DNA from: Allosphingosinicella sp.
GTDB taxonomy: Bacteria > Pseudomonadota > Alphaproteobacteria > Sphingomonadales > Sphingomonadaceae
DNA: 64,000 bases
Reading direction: 5' to 3'
NCBI GenBank assembly: GCA_030447665.1
Contig: JAUJOJ010000001.1
Location: 2,332-66,331 of the forward strand
Shown: positions 41,172-55,096 of the stretch, in pieces
Position numbering within the stretch: the stretch's first letter is position 1
How the letters are laid out: each line of letters opens with the position of its first letter
Notes under the pieces: generated by a model
Told to the model about the DNA's origin: nothing
Databases searched by the model: none
Seen by the model: only the letters and a program-made list of their open reading frames with translations
Made by a program: the position numbers and the translations under genes

Positions 41172-42248
41172 ATGTTCGGTTCCTCAGACAATCGCGGATG
41201 GCCCGCTCCGGCTCGGCCGGTCGCACGGGTCAAGCTTCATTTCGGCGCGGCCACGGACGGCAAGCTCCTCAAGAATTTTTCGGCGGCGACCCGCATCGGC
41301 CGCAGCCTGTTCGTGGCGGCCGACGAGCGCGCGGCGATCGAGCGGCTGAGCGACGCCGGCGACGGCTGGTCCGATCACCGGCGGCTGCAGATCGGCGACT
41401 TCCTGGATGTGGACGACGATCAGGCCGAGGCCGACCTCGAGGGGCTTGCCGCAGGCGAGGGCTGGTTGTGGGTGCTGGGGAGCCACGCGCGCACGCGGCC
41501 CAAGCCGGAAAAGGAGGAGGGCGAGTGCATCGACCTCGACCGCCTGTGCAACCTCAAGGATACGCGCGCGCGTTGCCTCTTGGCGCGGCTTCCGCTGGTC
41601 GAGGAAGCCGGGGGCTGGCTGCCGGTGAAGGCGGACGGCAAGCGGCGGGCCGGGATGCTGCCGCAGGGCAAGAATGGCGGCGCGCTTGCCAAGGCGCTGA
41701 AGCGCGATCCGCTGATCGGCCCGTTCACGGGGATTCCCGCCAAGGAGGGGGGGCTCGACATCGAGGGGATCGCCGTTTGCGGGGATCGGGTGGCGCTCGG
41801 CCTGCGGGGCCCGGTGATCGCCACTCACGCCGTGCTGCTGGAGCTGGAAGTGGAGACTAAGAAATCGGGCAGGCTCGCGCTGCGCGGCAAGCCCGTGAAG
41901 CGGCTGATCGCGATGGAGGGGCTCGGCATCCGCGACCTCAAGCGCTGCGGCGACGATCTTCTGATTCTGGCCGGGCCGACCACGGCGCTGAGCGGCCCGT
42001 GTGCGCTCTATCGCTGGCAGGGCTGGGCCCAGGATCCGCCCCAGGACAGGAGCAAGGTGCGGCTCCACCGCACGGAACGGCTGTTCGACATTCCCTTCGG
42101 CCGCGGCTTCGACCATCCCGAGGGGCTGGCGCTGTGGGAAGAGGAGGGGAAGCGCGGCATCCTCGTCATCTACGACAGCCCGGCGAAGGACCGGCTCGAC
42201 CGGGCCGGCCGGGCGATCGAGGCGGACCTGTTCGATCTGCCCTCCTGA
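41172..42248 (+). CDS. DUF3616-like beta-propeller protein
   Basis: EADLEGL, WVLGSH, GLDIEG, LGLRGP, GLGIRDL, HPEGL repeats. Confidence 0.75.
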   Translation: MFGSSDNRGWPAPARPVARVKLHFGAATDGKLLKNFSAATRIGRSLFVAADERAAIERLSDAGDGWSDHRRLQIGDFLDVDDDQAEADLEGLAAGEGWLWVLGSHARTRPKPEKEEGECIDLDRLCNLKDTRARCLLARLPLVEEAGGWLPVKADGKRRAGMLPQGKNGGALAKALKRDPLIGPFTGIPAKEGGLDIEGIAVCGDRVALGLRGPVIATHAVLLELEVETKKSGRLALRGKPVKRLIAMEGLGIRDLKRCGDDLLILAGPTTALSGPCALYRWQGWAQDPPQDRSKVRLHRTERLFDIPFGRGFDHPEGLALWEEEGKRGILVIYDSPAKDRLDRAGRAIEADLFDLPS

Positions 42249-42362
42249 CCTTGACGCGACAAGGGCCGAGCTCTTGGCCGACAGGCGCCGGCCGTTCGAA
42301 CGCCTGGAAAGCGGAAGCTCGTATGACCGTATGGGCTCGGTACTTGACGGCGGCACGCGGGG

Positions 42363-45953
<3,591 letters not shown>

Positions 45954-45959
45954 CGAGAA

Positions 45960-46080
45960 CCCTCTCCCTCGAGGGAGAGAGCAGGGTGAGGGTGTTCGGC
46001 CTTGGAGATTAGCTTCCGGGATCGGACGCTCGCTTGCGCTCGCTCCCCCTCACCCAACCCTCTCCCACCAGGGGAGAGGG
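45960..46080. repeat. REP/RPE-like palindromic element upstream of mfd
   Basis: CCCTCTCCC..GGGAGAG, GGGTGAGGG..CCCTCACCC, CCCTCTCCC..GGGAGAGGG. Confidence 0.8.
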
Positions 46081-46104
46081 CTTTCATGGCCGGCTGTCTC
46101 ACAG

Positions 46105-46371
46105 TCATTCCGGATGCTTGATGTAGTTGAGGGTCTTGAGGCGGATCATCATCTCGCCCTGGTAGCGCCGGGGCACCGCCTGCGCGCCGATCGCCCAGGC
46201 CATGATGTCGACGTCCTGCTCCTCGAGCAGAGTTTCGTACCAGTCGATCTCGGCCTCGTTCCAACCGGCCGAATGCCGGTCGAAGAAGCCGCCGATCAGC
46301 AGATCGGCTTCCTTGGTCCCGCGATGCCAGGCTCGGAAGCGGAGGCGCTTCAAACGTGTGTCTCTGTCCAT
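46105..46371 (-). CDS. sdhE: Succinate dehydrogenase FAD assembly factor
   Basis: RLRFRAWHRGTKEADLLIG (RGxxE motif); mfd-sdhE-recG synteny. Confidence 0.9.
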   Translation of the reverse strand: MDRDTRLKRLRFRAWHRGTKEADLLIGGFFDRHSAGWNEAEIDWYETLLEEQDVDIMAWAIGAQAVPRRYQGEMMIRLKTLNYIKHPE

Positions 46372-46518
46372 TGCTTCCATGCGGGATTGGCCGGCGGGCT
46401 GGCGGCACGTCGGCGAGGCGTGGCTCCATCTAGGCAATTGCCGCGCGAGTTTGAAGCGCTCTTGTCGCCGCGCGCCGGACGGCTGAAACAAAGCGGCGCC
46501 GCTTCGTTGTGCCTGTTC

Positions 46519-47433
46519 ATGACGAACCCGCCCGCCCCGGCGCTGATGCGCAGGCGCCCACCCTGGAAGCTTGCCAGCCTATTCCTCATGGCTCTTTCCG
46601 CGCTTCTCGCCGCCTGCTCGCCGCTTCGCACCTTCAACTCGCTGGTGCTGAAGGATCGCGGCGGGCTCCTCGCGGAACGGGGCGCCGCCTATGGCGCCCA
46701 TCCGCGCCAGCGGCTCGATCTCTATCGTCCCCGATCGAAGGGGGCCGAAGCCGCTCGGGCTGCGCTTCCGATCATCCTGTTCCTCTATGGCGGCTCCTGG
46801 CAATCGGGGGTGCGGGAGGGCTATGGCTTTGCCGGACGCGCGCTCGCCGCCCGAGGCTTCCTGGTTGCCGTTCCCGATTACCGGCTCGTGCCGGAGGTGC
46901 GCTTCCCCGCCTTCCTCGAAGACAATGCTCGCGCGCTCCACTGGGTGCGCGCGAACGCCGCCCGTTTTGGCGGCGATCCCGACCGAGTCGTTCTGGTCGG
47001 TCATTCGGCGGGAGCCTACAATGCCGCCATGCTCGCGCTCGATCCGCGCTGGCTGGGCGAAGATCGACGCGCCGTGCGCGGCCTCGTCGGCCTCGCCGGA
47101 CCCTACGATTTCCTGCCGCTGAGCGGTCCCATAACCACTGCCGCCTTCGGCCAGGAGCGCGATCTCGCCTCCACCCAGCCCATCAATTTCGCTTCGGCCG
47201 GCGATCCGCAGGCTCTGCTCCTGCACGGGGGACGCGACACCCTTGTCCACCCCCGCGACAGCCGCCGTCTGGCCGAGCGGCTTCAGGCGGCGGGGGTCGA
47301 TGCGCGGGTCAAGCTCTACCCCGGCATCGGCCATATCGGCATGGTCACCGCGCTGGCGCGGCCGTTCCGCGGCAGGGCGCCCGTCTTGGAGGACATCGCA
47401 GCCTTCGCCGGCCAAGTCACCGCCACGCGCTGA
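46519..47433 (+). CDS. Alpha/beta hydrolase (esterase/lipase), probable lipoprotein
   Basis: LAAC lipobox, YGGSW, DYRLVP, GHSAG, HGGRD, GH. Confidence 0.85.
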   Translation: MTNPPAPALMRRRPPWKLASLFLMALSALLAACSPLRTFNSLVLKDRGGLLAERGAAYGAHPRQRLDLYRPRSKGAEAARAALPIILFLYGGSWQSGVREGYGFAGRALAARGFLVAVPDYRLVPEVRFPAFLEDNARALHWVRANAARFGGDPDRVVLVGHSAGAYNAAMLALDPRWLGEDRRAVRGLVGLAGPYDFLPLSGPITTAAFGQERDLASTQPINFASAGDPQALLLHGGRDTLVHPRDSRRLAERLQAAGVDARVKLYPGIGHIGMVTALARPFRGRAPVLEDIAAFAGQVTATR

Positions 47434-47511
47434 GTCCCCAATTCGCGGCCGCTCTCGTAACGCGCAGGCGCCGTCACTATAAGTCCCGCCGAGGAGGGGA
47501 TCGCAGGAATC

Positions 47512-49569
47512 ATGCGTCCGGATATTCTCAATCCGCTGTTCGCCGAGGTCGAGGTGCTGAAGGGCATCGGGCCGCAGCTTGCCAAGCCCCTGAAGCGGCT
47601 CGGGCTGGAGCGGATCGTCGACATCCTCTTCCATTTGCCGGTGAGCTGGGTCGAGCGGAAGCGGGTGGAACTGCTCGACCAGCAGGATGCCGGCCGAATC
47701 GTCAGCGTGGTGGTGACGCCCGTCGACTATCGCCAGAGCGGCGGCCGCGGGCCGTTCCGGGTGCGCGCCGCCGACAAGGCCGGCAATAGCATGACGCTCA
47801 CCTATTTCCACAATCCGGGCTGGGCGAAGAAGCAGCTGCCGCTCGGGGCGCCGAAGCTCGTCTCGGGTCGGCTCGACCTTTACGGGCAGGAGCTGCAGAT
47901 GGTCCATCCGGACCATGTGCTGGCGCCGGAAGAGGCCGGCGAAATCCCCGAGGTGGAGCCGGTCTATTCGCTTTCCGAGGGGCTTACCAACAACCGCATG
48001 GGGCAGCTTGCCGGACAGGCGCTGGCGCGGGTGCCGGAGCTTGCCGAGTGGATCGAGCCGAGCCTCGCCGGTCGCCGCGGCTGGCAAAGCTGGCGTGCCT
48101 CGATCCATCAGGCCCACCGCGATCGCTTCGCCGATGCCGCACGCGAGCGGCTCGCCTATGACGAGGTGTTCGCCAACCAATTGGCGCTGATGCTGGTGCG
48201 CGCCTCGTCACGGAAGCGGCGGGGCCTGCCGCTGAAGGGGGACGGGCGGCTGCGGGACGCGCTGAAGCTGCCTTATGCGCCAACTGGCGCCCAGGCCCGC
48301 GCCTCCCGGGAGATCGAGGGCGACATGCAGCAGGACGTGCCGATGCTGCGGCTGCTTCAGGGCGACGTCGGATCGGGCAAGACTTTGGTCGCCCTGATGG
48401 CGCTGCTGACGGCGGTGGAGGCGGGCGTGCAAGGAGCCCTGCTCGCGCCGACGGAGATCCTCGCCCGGCAACATTATGAGACGCTGTCGCGCCAGCTCCT
48501 TGGCTTGTCGGTGAATGTCGCAATCCTCACCGGCCGTGAGAAAGGCCGTGCCCGCGAAGCCACCCTGATGGGACTTTCCGACGGTTCGATCGACATCCTC
48601 GTCGGCACGCACGCAATCTTCCAGCAGGCGGTTGCCTATAAGCGACTGGGGCTTGCGGTGGTGGACGAGCAGCACCGTTTCGGCGTCGCCCAGCGGATGA
48701 TGCTCGCGCAGAAGGCCGAGCGCCCGCCGCACCTCCTCGTCATGACGGCGACGCCGATCCCTCGCACGCTGACGCTCGCCCAATATGGCGAAATGGACGT
48801 GAGCCGGCTCGACGAGATGCCGCCGGGCCGGCAGCCGGTCGAGACGCGCGTCCTCGCCGCCGAGCGGCTGCCGGAGGTGGTGGACGCGCTCGGGCGGCAT
48901 ATCGGCGGCGGCGGACAGGCTTATTGGGTCTGCCCATTGGTGGAGGAAAGCGAGCTCTCCGATCAGGCCGCTGCCGAGGAGCGGGCGCAGCTTCTGCGGC
49001 TCCGCTTCGGCGACAAGGTGGGCCTCGTCCACGGCCGCATGAAGGGGCCCGAGAAGGACGAAGTGATGGCCGCCTTCCAGAGCGGTGCCCTGTCGGTGCT
49101 GGTCGCCACCACAGTGATCGAAGTCGGCGTCGACGTGCCCGAGGCGACGCTGATGATCATCGAGGGCGCCGATCGCTTCGGCCTTGCTCAACTCCACCAG
49201 CTGAGGGGCAGGGTGGGGCGAGGCGAGGGCAGGTCGGTCTGCCTGCTCCTGCGCGGCAACACGCTCAGCGAGACCGCCCGTGCGCGCCTGGCGCTGATGC
49301 GGGAGACCAATGACGGCTTCCGCATCGCCGAGGAGGATCTGCGCCTGCGCGGCGCCGGCGAGATCCTTGGCACCAGGCAATCGGGTGAGGCGCAGTTTCG
49401 CCTCGCATCGCCGGAGCAGATCTCCGAGCTGATCCAGTTCGCCACTGACGACGCCCGCCTGCTGGTCGATCGCGACGGCGGATTGGAGGGACCGCGAGGC
49501 AAGGCCGCACGCACTCTGCTCTATCTGATGGAGCGGGATGCGGCGGTCGCATTGCTCCGCAGCGGATGA
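47512..49569 (+). CDS. recG: ATP-dependent DNA helicase RecG
   Basis: QGDVGSGKT, DEQHRFG, MTATPIPR, QLRGRVGRG, DGFRIAEEDL. Confidence 0.96.
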   Translation: MRPDILNPLFAEVEVLKGIGPQLAKPLKRLGLERIVDILFHLPVSWVERKRVELLDQQDAGRIVSVVVTPVDYRQSGGRGPFRVRAADKAGNSMTLTYFHNPGWAKKQLPLGAPKLVSGRLDLYGQELQMVHPDHVLAPEEAGEIPEVEPVYSLSEGLTNNRMGQLAGQALARVPELAEWIEPSLAGRRGWQSWRASIHQAHRDRFADAARERLAYDEVFANQLALMLVRASSRKRRGLPLKGDGRLRDALKLPYAPTGAQARASREIEGDMQQDVPMLRLLQGDVGSGKTLVALMALLTAVEAGVQGALLAPTEILARQHYETLSRQLLGLSVNVAILTGREKGRAREATLMGLSDGSIDILVGTHAIFQQAVAYKRLGLAVVDEQHRFGVAQRMMLAQKAERPPHLLVMTATPIPRTLTLAQYGEMDVSRLDEMPPGRQPVETRVLAAERLPEVVDALGRHIGGGGQAYWVCPLVEESELSDQAAAEERAQLLRLRFGDKVGLVHGRMKGPEKDEVMAAFQSGALSVLVATTVIEVGVDVPEATLMIIEGADRFGLAQLHQLRGRVGRGEGRSVCLLLRGNTLSETARARLALMRETNDGFRIAEEDLRLRGAGEILGTRQSGEAQFRLASPEQISELIQFATDDARLLVDRDGGLEGPRGKAARTLLYLMERDAAVALLRSG

Positions 49570-49576
49570 GCGGCCC

Positions 49577-49606
49577 CGTCATTGCGACCGTAGCGAAGCA
49601 AGCCAG
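49577..49606. repeat. Degenerate alphaproteobacterial REP-like repeat
   Basis: CGTCATTGCGACCGTAGCGAAGCAAGCCAG between convergent recG and tyrS. Confidence 0.55.
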
Positions 49607-49620
49607 AATTTTTCGGGAGC

Positions 49621-50846
49621 TCAGCAGGTGAGGATGCCGTGCTTCTTCTTGCCGAGGCTCAGCTTCAGCGGCTTGCCCTCCTCGAGGCTGATCGCGAAGC
49701 TCGGATCGGTGATCGCGACTCCGTTGAGGCGAACCGCGCCTTCGGCGATCTTACGCCGGGCCTCGCCGTTCGACGGTGCGAACCCGAGCGCCGTCAGCGC
49801 CACGACGATGCTGATCTGGCCGTCCACCTTCAAGGTCGGGAGCGCATCGCCGGCCGAGCCTTGCTCGAAGGTCTTTCGCGCCGTTTCCGCAGCCTCGCGC
49901 GCGGCTTCCGGCCCGTGCAGCATCGCGGTGGCGGCGTCCGCGAGCACCTTCTTCGCTTCGTTGATCTCACTGCCCGGGAGGTTCTCCAGCCGCGCCACCT
50001 CATCCAAGGGGGTGTCGGTGAACAGCCGCAGGAAACGGCCGACATCGCCGTCAGCCGTGTTCCGCCAGAACTGCCAGTAATCGTAGGGGGCGAGCTGGTC
50101 GGCATTGAGCCAGACCGCGCCCTTCTCGGTCTTGCCCATCTTGCCCCCGTCCGCGGTGGTGAGGAGCGGCGTCGTAAGGCCATAGACCTGGGTCCCGTCC
50201 ACCCGGCGGGCCAGTTCGATGCCGTTGACGATATTGCCCCACTGGTCCGATCCACCGAGCTGCAGCCGGCACGCGGCGCGGCGCGACAGCTCCAGGAAAT
50301 CATAGCCCTGGAGGATCATGTAGTTGAATTCGAGGAAGGAGAGCGACTGCTCGCGGTCGAGGCGGATCTTCACGCTCTCGAAGCTCAGCATTCGGTTTAC
50401 GGAAAAATGCTGCCCGATCTTGCGGAGGAAGGGAATATATTCGAGGCTGTCGAGCCACTCGGCATTGTCGGCCATTACGGCGTCCGTCGGGCCGGTTCCG
50501 AACGTCAGGAACCGCTCGAACACCCGCTTGATCGAGGCGATGTTGGCGTTGATCGTCTCGGGGTGAGGAGCTTGCGCGCCTCGTCCTTGAAGCTCGGATC
50601 GCCGATCTTCGAGGTGCCGCCGCCCATCAGCACGATTGGCTTGTGCCCGGCCTGCTGGAGCCGGCGGAGCATCATGATCTGGACGAGGCTGCCGACGTGC
50701 AGCGAAGGCGCGGTCGCGTCGAAGCCGACATAGCCCGGCACGATCTGGCGTAAGGCGAGCGCGTCCAGACCCTCGGCGTCGGTCAGCTGATGGATATAGC
50801 CCCGCTCATCGAGCAGGCGGAGGAGGTCGGACTTGTAAGCGTTCAT
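49621..50846 (-). CDS. tyrS: Tyrosine--tRNA ligase (1-bp indel at ~50560)
   Basis: [34 protein letters not shown]4 domain. Confidence 0.96.
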
Positions 50847-50873
50847 GGGTGAGGGCGCTTAGCACCCCGTTTC

Positions 50874-50901
50874 GTCATGCTGAACTTGTTTCAGCATCCA
50901 T
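50874..50901. repeat. REP-like hairpin
   Basis: CGTCATGCTGAA CTTGT TTCAGCATCCAT. Confidence 0.6.
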
Positions 50902-50938
50902 CTTCGAGCATCGCGGAGCGGCACATCAAGGAGACAGC

Positions 50939-51472
50939 GTGCGCCACGTGCTTCAGCCCCATTCCGATTGCCGCGCCCCGGATATCGAGATCGGCGTCGA
51001 GCTCCGGAACGCGGGATCGTCTGCGCTCGAGCTTCGATACTTCCTCGACGGTGCGGTCGACGGCGTGCTCCTCCCTCCCGCAGGCATACCGGCACGCAGG
51101 GATCGCCTCTGGCAGCATACATGCTTCGAGATCTTCATCCGCGCGGTATCCGAGGAGCCTTATCACGAGTTCAACTTCGCTCCCTCCGGGCAGTGGGCGG
51201 CCTACCGGTTCGAGGCGCGCCGAACCGGGATGAGCAACATGGACATTGCACCACCATCGATCGAAACAAGCCTCACCGGCGAAGCGCTTGAACTGCGCGC
51301 AACGCTGGATGTGGCCGGCCTGCCCGCCGACAAGCCTTGGCTCGTCGGCCTTTCCGCCGTGATGGAGGAGAAGAACGGGCGCAAATCCTATTGGGCGCTC
51401 GCCCACCCGCCGGGCGAACCGGATTTCCATCACCCGGCTTGCTTTGCTCTCCAACTCCCGCCAGCAGCGTGA
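50939..51472 (+). CDS. DOMON-like domain protein
   Basis: AAGGAG RBS, LWQHTCFE, YHEFNFAPSGQWAAYRF, SYWALAH...DFH. Confidence 0.8.
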   Translation: MRHVLQPHSDCRAPDIEIGVELRNAGSSALELRYFLDGAVDGVLLPPAGIPARRDRLWQHTCFEIFIRAVSEEPYHEFNFAPSGQWAAYRFEARRTGMSNMDIAPPSIETSLTGEALELRATLDVAGLPADKPWLVGLSAVMEEKNGRKSYWALAHPPGEPDFHHPACFALQLPPAA

Positions 51473-51476
51473 ACCC

Positions 51477-52676
51477 ATGAAAACCGGCATCGATCGACTT
51501 CTCGCAGACCCTGCTCTGCGCGCACCGCTCCAGGGAAGGCGCGTGGCCCTGCTCGCCCATCCCGCCTCGGTTACCGAGGATCTGACCCACTCGCTCGACG
51601 CGCTTTCCCGCTGCGGCGACCTTCGGGTCACGGCCGCCTTCGGCCCGCAGCACGGCCTGCGCGGGGACAAGCAGGACAATATGGTGGAGTCGGAGGACTT
51701 CACCGATCCTGTGCACGGCATTCCGGTGTTCAGCCTCTACGGCGAGGTCCGCCGCCCCACCGGCCAATCCATGGGCACGTTCGACGTCATCCTGATCGAT
51801 CTCCAGGACCTTGGCTGCCGCATCTACACCTTCATCACCACCTTGCTCTACGTGCTGGAAGCGGCGGCGGCGCACGGCAAGTCCGTCTGGGTATTGGATC
51901 GTCCCAATCCGGCCGGACGTCCGATCGAGGGGATGACGCTGCGGCCGGGCTGGGAAAGCTTCGTCGGCGCCGGCCCGATCCCGATGCGCCACGGCCTCAC
52001 GCTCGGTGAACTCGGCGCCTGGTTCGTCGATCATTTCAAGCTCGACGTCGATTACCGGGTGATCGAGATGGAAGGCTACGAACCCGACGCGGCGCCGGGA
52101 TATGGCTGGCCGAGCGAACGGATCTGGATCAATCCAAGCCCCAACGCGGCCAACCTCTGGATGGCGCGCGCTTATGCCGGCACCGTGATGCTCGAAGGCG
52201 CGACCTTGTCGGAGGGGAGAGGCACCACCCGCCCGCTCGAACTGTTCGGCGCTCCCGACATCGACGCGAGGGCGGTGATTGCCGAGATGCGGTCCTTCGC
52301 TCCGCAGTGGCTGCACGGCTGCGCGCTGCGGGAAATCTCGTTCGAGCCGACCTTTCACAAGCATGTCGGCAAGCTCTGCCATGGCGTGCAGATCCACCCG
52401 GAGGGTGCGTTCTACGATCATCAGGCTTTCAGGCCGTGGCGGCTGCAGGCGCTCGCCTTCAAGGCGATCCGACGGCTCTACCCAGCCTATGACCTGTGGC
52501 GCGACTTTCCGTACGAATATGAGTTCGGCAAGCTCGCCATCGACGTGATCAACGGCGGGCCAGGCTTAAGGGAATGGGTCGACGATCCAGCGGCGACGCC
52601 GGAAGATCTGGATGCGCTGACGGTGCCCGATGAGCAGGCTTGGGAGGCGGAGCGGCAGGGTTGGCTACTTTACTGA
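51477..52676 (+). CDS. DUF1343/NamZ-like exo-beta-N-acetylmuramidase family protein
   Basis: GIDRLL, FGPQHG, SLYG, DLQDLGCRIYTF, LDRPNP, SEGRGTTRP. Confidence 0.85.
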   Translation: MKTGIDRLLADPALRAPLQGRRVALLAHPASVTEDLTHSLDALSRCGDLRVTAAFGPQHGLRGDKQDNMVESEDFTDPVHGIPVFSLYGEVRRPTGQSMGTFDVILIDLQDLGCRIYTFITTLLYVLEAAAAHGKSVWVLDRPNPAGRPIEGMTLRPGWESFVGAGPIPMRHGLTLGELGAWFVDHFKLDVDYRVIEMEGYEPDAAPGYGWPSERIWINPSPNAANLWMARAYAGTVMLEGATLSEGRGTTRPLELFGAPDIDARAVIAEMRSFAPQWLHGCALREISFEPTFHKHVGKLCHGVQIHPEGAFYDHQAFRPWRLQALAFKAIRRLYPAYDLWRDFPYEYEFGKLAIDVINGGPGLREWVDDPAATPEDLDALTVPDEQAWEAERQGWLLY

Positions 52677-52747
52677 GCGAAGGAGGCGTTGCCAAAATTG
52701 TCGTTGTCGTTCAAAGCCTTGAAAATCGCTTTCGGGGATTGAACAGC

Positions 52748-53320
52748 ATGGTACGATACTTACGGCTCGGACAGCGGCTTATCGCTTGCTGCTTCTTGTT
52801 GCTTTCGCTTTCGCACGCACCTGCGGATGCAGCCGTCGAGATCAGGTTCTACTCGAAAGAGCTGGGGGCGAGCTTTCCCCACGCCTTCGTGGAGCTGGAG
52901 GGCCAGGACGACCGGACGGGGGAGAAGGTCCACGCGAATTACGGCTTCACCGCGAAGGCGATCAGCCCCGCGATCCTGCTGGGATCGGTTACGGGAGAGG
53001 TGATGGCGGTGGATGCCGGTTACGTGCGCAGCAGCGACCGTCACTTCTCCTTCGTCCTCACCGACGCCGAATATGATAAAGTGAAGGCTACGATCGAGAA
53101 GTGGCGACAGCTCAAGCAGCCGTCGTACAACCTCAACCGTCAGAACTGCGTCTTCTTCGTCGGGGACGTGGCCGCTTCGCTCGGAATGCGGGCGGATACG
53201 CCGAAGGAGCTGATGAAGAAGCCGCGCTCCTACACCGAATTCCTGGTGACCGCCAATCGAAGCTGGCTCGCCGCGCGCGGCGCTTCGCTGGACCCTCGTT
53301 ATGCCGAGAACGGCAAGTGA
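52748..53320 (+). CDS. Secreted hypothetical protein with His...NC motif
   Basis: Signal peptide (..ADA/A), FPHAFV, YNLNRQNCVFFV. Confidence 0.65.
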   Translation: MVRYLRLGQRLIACCFLLLSLSHAPADAAVEIRFYSKELGASFPHAFVELEGQDDRTGEKVHANYGFTAKAISPAILLGSVTGEVMAVDAGYVRSSDRHFSFVLTDAEYDKVKATIEKWRQLKQPSYNLNRQNCVFFVGDVAASLGMRADTPKELMKKPRSYTEFLVTANRSWLAARGASLDPRYAENGK

Positions 53321-53802
53321 GCCGGGGACGTCGCTTTGTCGTGGTGGCGGCCGCGCCTTCGTTGCTGCTGCTCCTAGGAGCCGCCGATGCCTCTCTCCAA
53401 TCGGGCATGTGGGAGATGCGGAATAGTCCGGGCGTCGCAACGCTCGATGGGCGGGCGCTGGACGAGCTTCCGATCGGGCCGATCAAGACCCAGAGGATCT
53501 GCCTGGCGGCTCGGGAAGCTGCGAACCCGGTTCGTTTGCTGACGCGCGATCTCGGCGGGGACTGCGCCGTCGCAAGCGCAACAGTCGCTGGCGGAAAGAT
53601 AAGGATCGGCGGCACCTGCCCGAATCAACTGGAGGGGCCGGATGGAACCTTCGAGCTCACCGGCAAGCTCGGCCGCGACAGCTATGAAGTCGATTTCGCT
53701 ACGTCGGCGGTGGGCGACAATGGCCGCATGACCTTCAGCGGGAAGATGACCGGCCGGCGGGTGGGCGCTTGCCAGCCGGCTAAGGCAAGTCGACCGATGT
53801 AG
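53317..53802 (+). CDS. DUF3617-like secreted protein
   Basis: SLQSGMWE, four Cys, C-terminal MTGRRVGAC; GTGA overlap with the upstream gene. Confidence 0.7.
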   Translation: MSRGRRFVVVAAAPSLLLLLGAADASLQSGMWEMRNSPGVATLDGRALDELPIGPIKTQRICLAAREAANPVRLLTRDLGGDCAVASATVAGGKIRIGGTCPNQLEGPDGTFELTGKLGRDSYEVDFATSAVGDNGRMTFSGKMTGRRVGACQPAKASRPM

Positions 53803-53823
53803 GCGTTGACGCAACAGGAACGG

Positions 53824-55002
53824 TCAGCTCTTCCGGCTCAAGCTTCGCATTGCATCGTCGAGGCCGGCCAAGGTCAGGGGGTACATGCGATCCTGCATGA
53901 GCTCGCGGATAAGCTGCGTGGAGTGGCTGTATCCCCAATATTGCTCCGGCGTCGGGTTGAGCCAGACCGCGGAAGGATAGGTGTTCGCCATCCGCCGCAG
54001 CCAGACCGCGCCCGCTTCCTCGTTATAATGCTCCACCGACCCGCCGGGATGGGTGATTTCGTAGGGGCTCATCGATGCGTCGCCAACGAAGACCAGCTTG
54101 TAGTCGTGCCCATATTTGTGGAGCACGTCCCAGGTCGGCGTCCGCTCGGCGAAGCGGCGGCGATTGTCCTTCCACAGGCCCTCGTAGACGCAATTGTGGA
54201 AGTAGAAGAATTCGAGGTTCTTGAACTCGGCGGTGGCGGCCGAGAACAGCTCCTCGCAGACCTTGACGTGCGGGTCCATCGATCCGCCCACGTCGAGGAA
54301 AAGGAGCAGCTTCACCGCATTGTGCCGCTCCGGCCGCATGCGGATATCGAGCCAGCCCTTGCGGGCGGTGCCGTCGATCGTCCCGTCGATGTCGAGCTCG
54401 TCGGCCGCGCCTTCGCGCGCGAAGCGCCTGAGGCGGCGAAGCGCGACCTTGATATTGCGGGTGCCGAGCTCCTTTGAACTGTCGAGGTTCCTGAACTCGC
54501 GCTTGTCCCACACCTTGATCGCGCGGCCATGCTTGCCCTCTCCGCCGATCCGGACACCTTCGGGATTGTAGCCGCCATGGCCGAAGGGCGAGGTGCCGCC
54601 GGTGCCGATCCACTTGCTCCCGCCCTGGTGCCGGCCTTGCTGCTCCTCGAGCCTTTTCTTCAGCGTCTCCATGATCTCTTGCCACGAGCCGAGCGACTTC
54701 ACTTCCTCCATCTGTTCGGGCGTGAGGTAGAGCTCCGCGACCTTGCGCAGCCAATCCTCGGGGATCGGCACCGCGCCGGTGCCGTAATCGGTCTCGATCC
54801 CCTTGAAGACCTTTCCGAACACCTGATCGAACCGGTCGAGCAGGCTCTCGTCCTTCACGAAGGTGGCGCGCGCAAGATAGTAGAATTCCTCCGGCCGCGC
54901 CTCGATCACGGCGGCGTCGAGCGCTTCGAGCAACGTCAGATGCTCCTTGAGCGATGCCTGGATGCCGGCCGCGCGCAGCTCGTCGATGAAGGAGAAGAAC
55001 AT
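53824..55002 (-). CDS. vWA domain protein (MoxR partner)
   Basis: WIGTGGTSPFG, MIDAS-like DVGGSM, YFHNC, VGDASM, WLNP. Confidence 0.88.
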   Translation of the reverse strand: MFFSFIDELRAAGIQASLKEHLTLLEALDAAVIEARPEEFYYLARATFVKDESLLDRFDQVFGKVFKGIETDYGTGAVPIPEDWLRKVAELYLTPEQMEEVKSLGSWQEIMETLKKRLEEQQGRHQGGSKWIGTGGTSPFGHGGYNPEGVRIGGEGKHGRAIKVWDKREFRNLDSSKELGTRNIKVALRRLRRFAREGAADELDIDGTIDGTARKGWLDIRMRPERHNAVKLLLFLDVGGSMDPHVKVCEELFSAATAEFKNLEFFYFHNCVYEGLWKDNRRRFAERTPTWDVLHKYGHDYKLVFVGDASMSPYEITHPGGSVEHYNEEAGAVWLRRMANTYPSAVWLNPTPEQYWGYSHSTQLIRELMQDRMYPLTLAGLDDAMRSLSRKS

Positions 55003-55046
55003 GGCCGTCTCTACCGCAAGCCCGCAGCACAAGCCAATGCCGCTGG

Positions 55047-55062
55047 TTAACGGGCTTTCAAC
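55047..55062 (+). promoter_or_regulatory. Possible CtrA box
   Basis: TTAA-N7-TCAAC (one mismatch) upstream of a chemoreceptor. Confidence 0.35.
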
Positions 55063-55096
55063 ATATGGCCTTTAAACCATCCTCTCAAATGCATTG

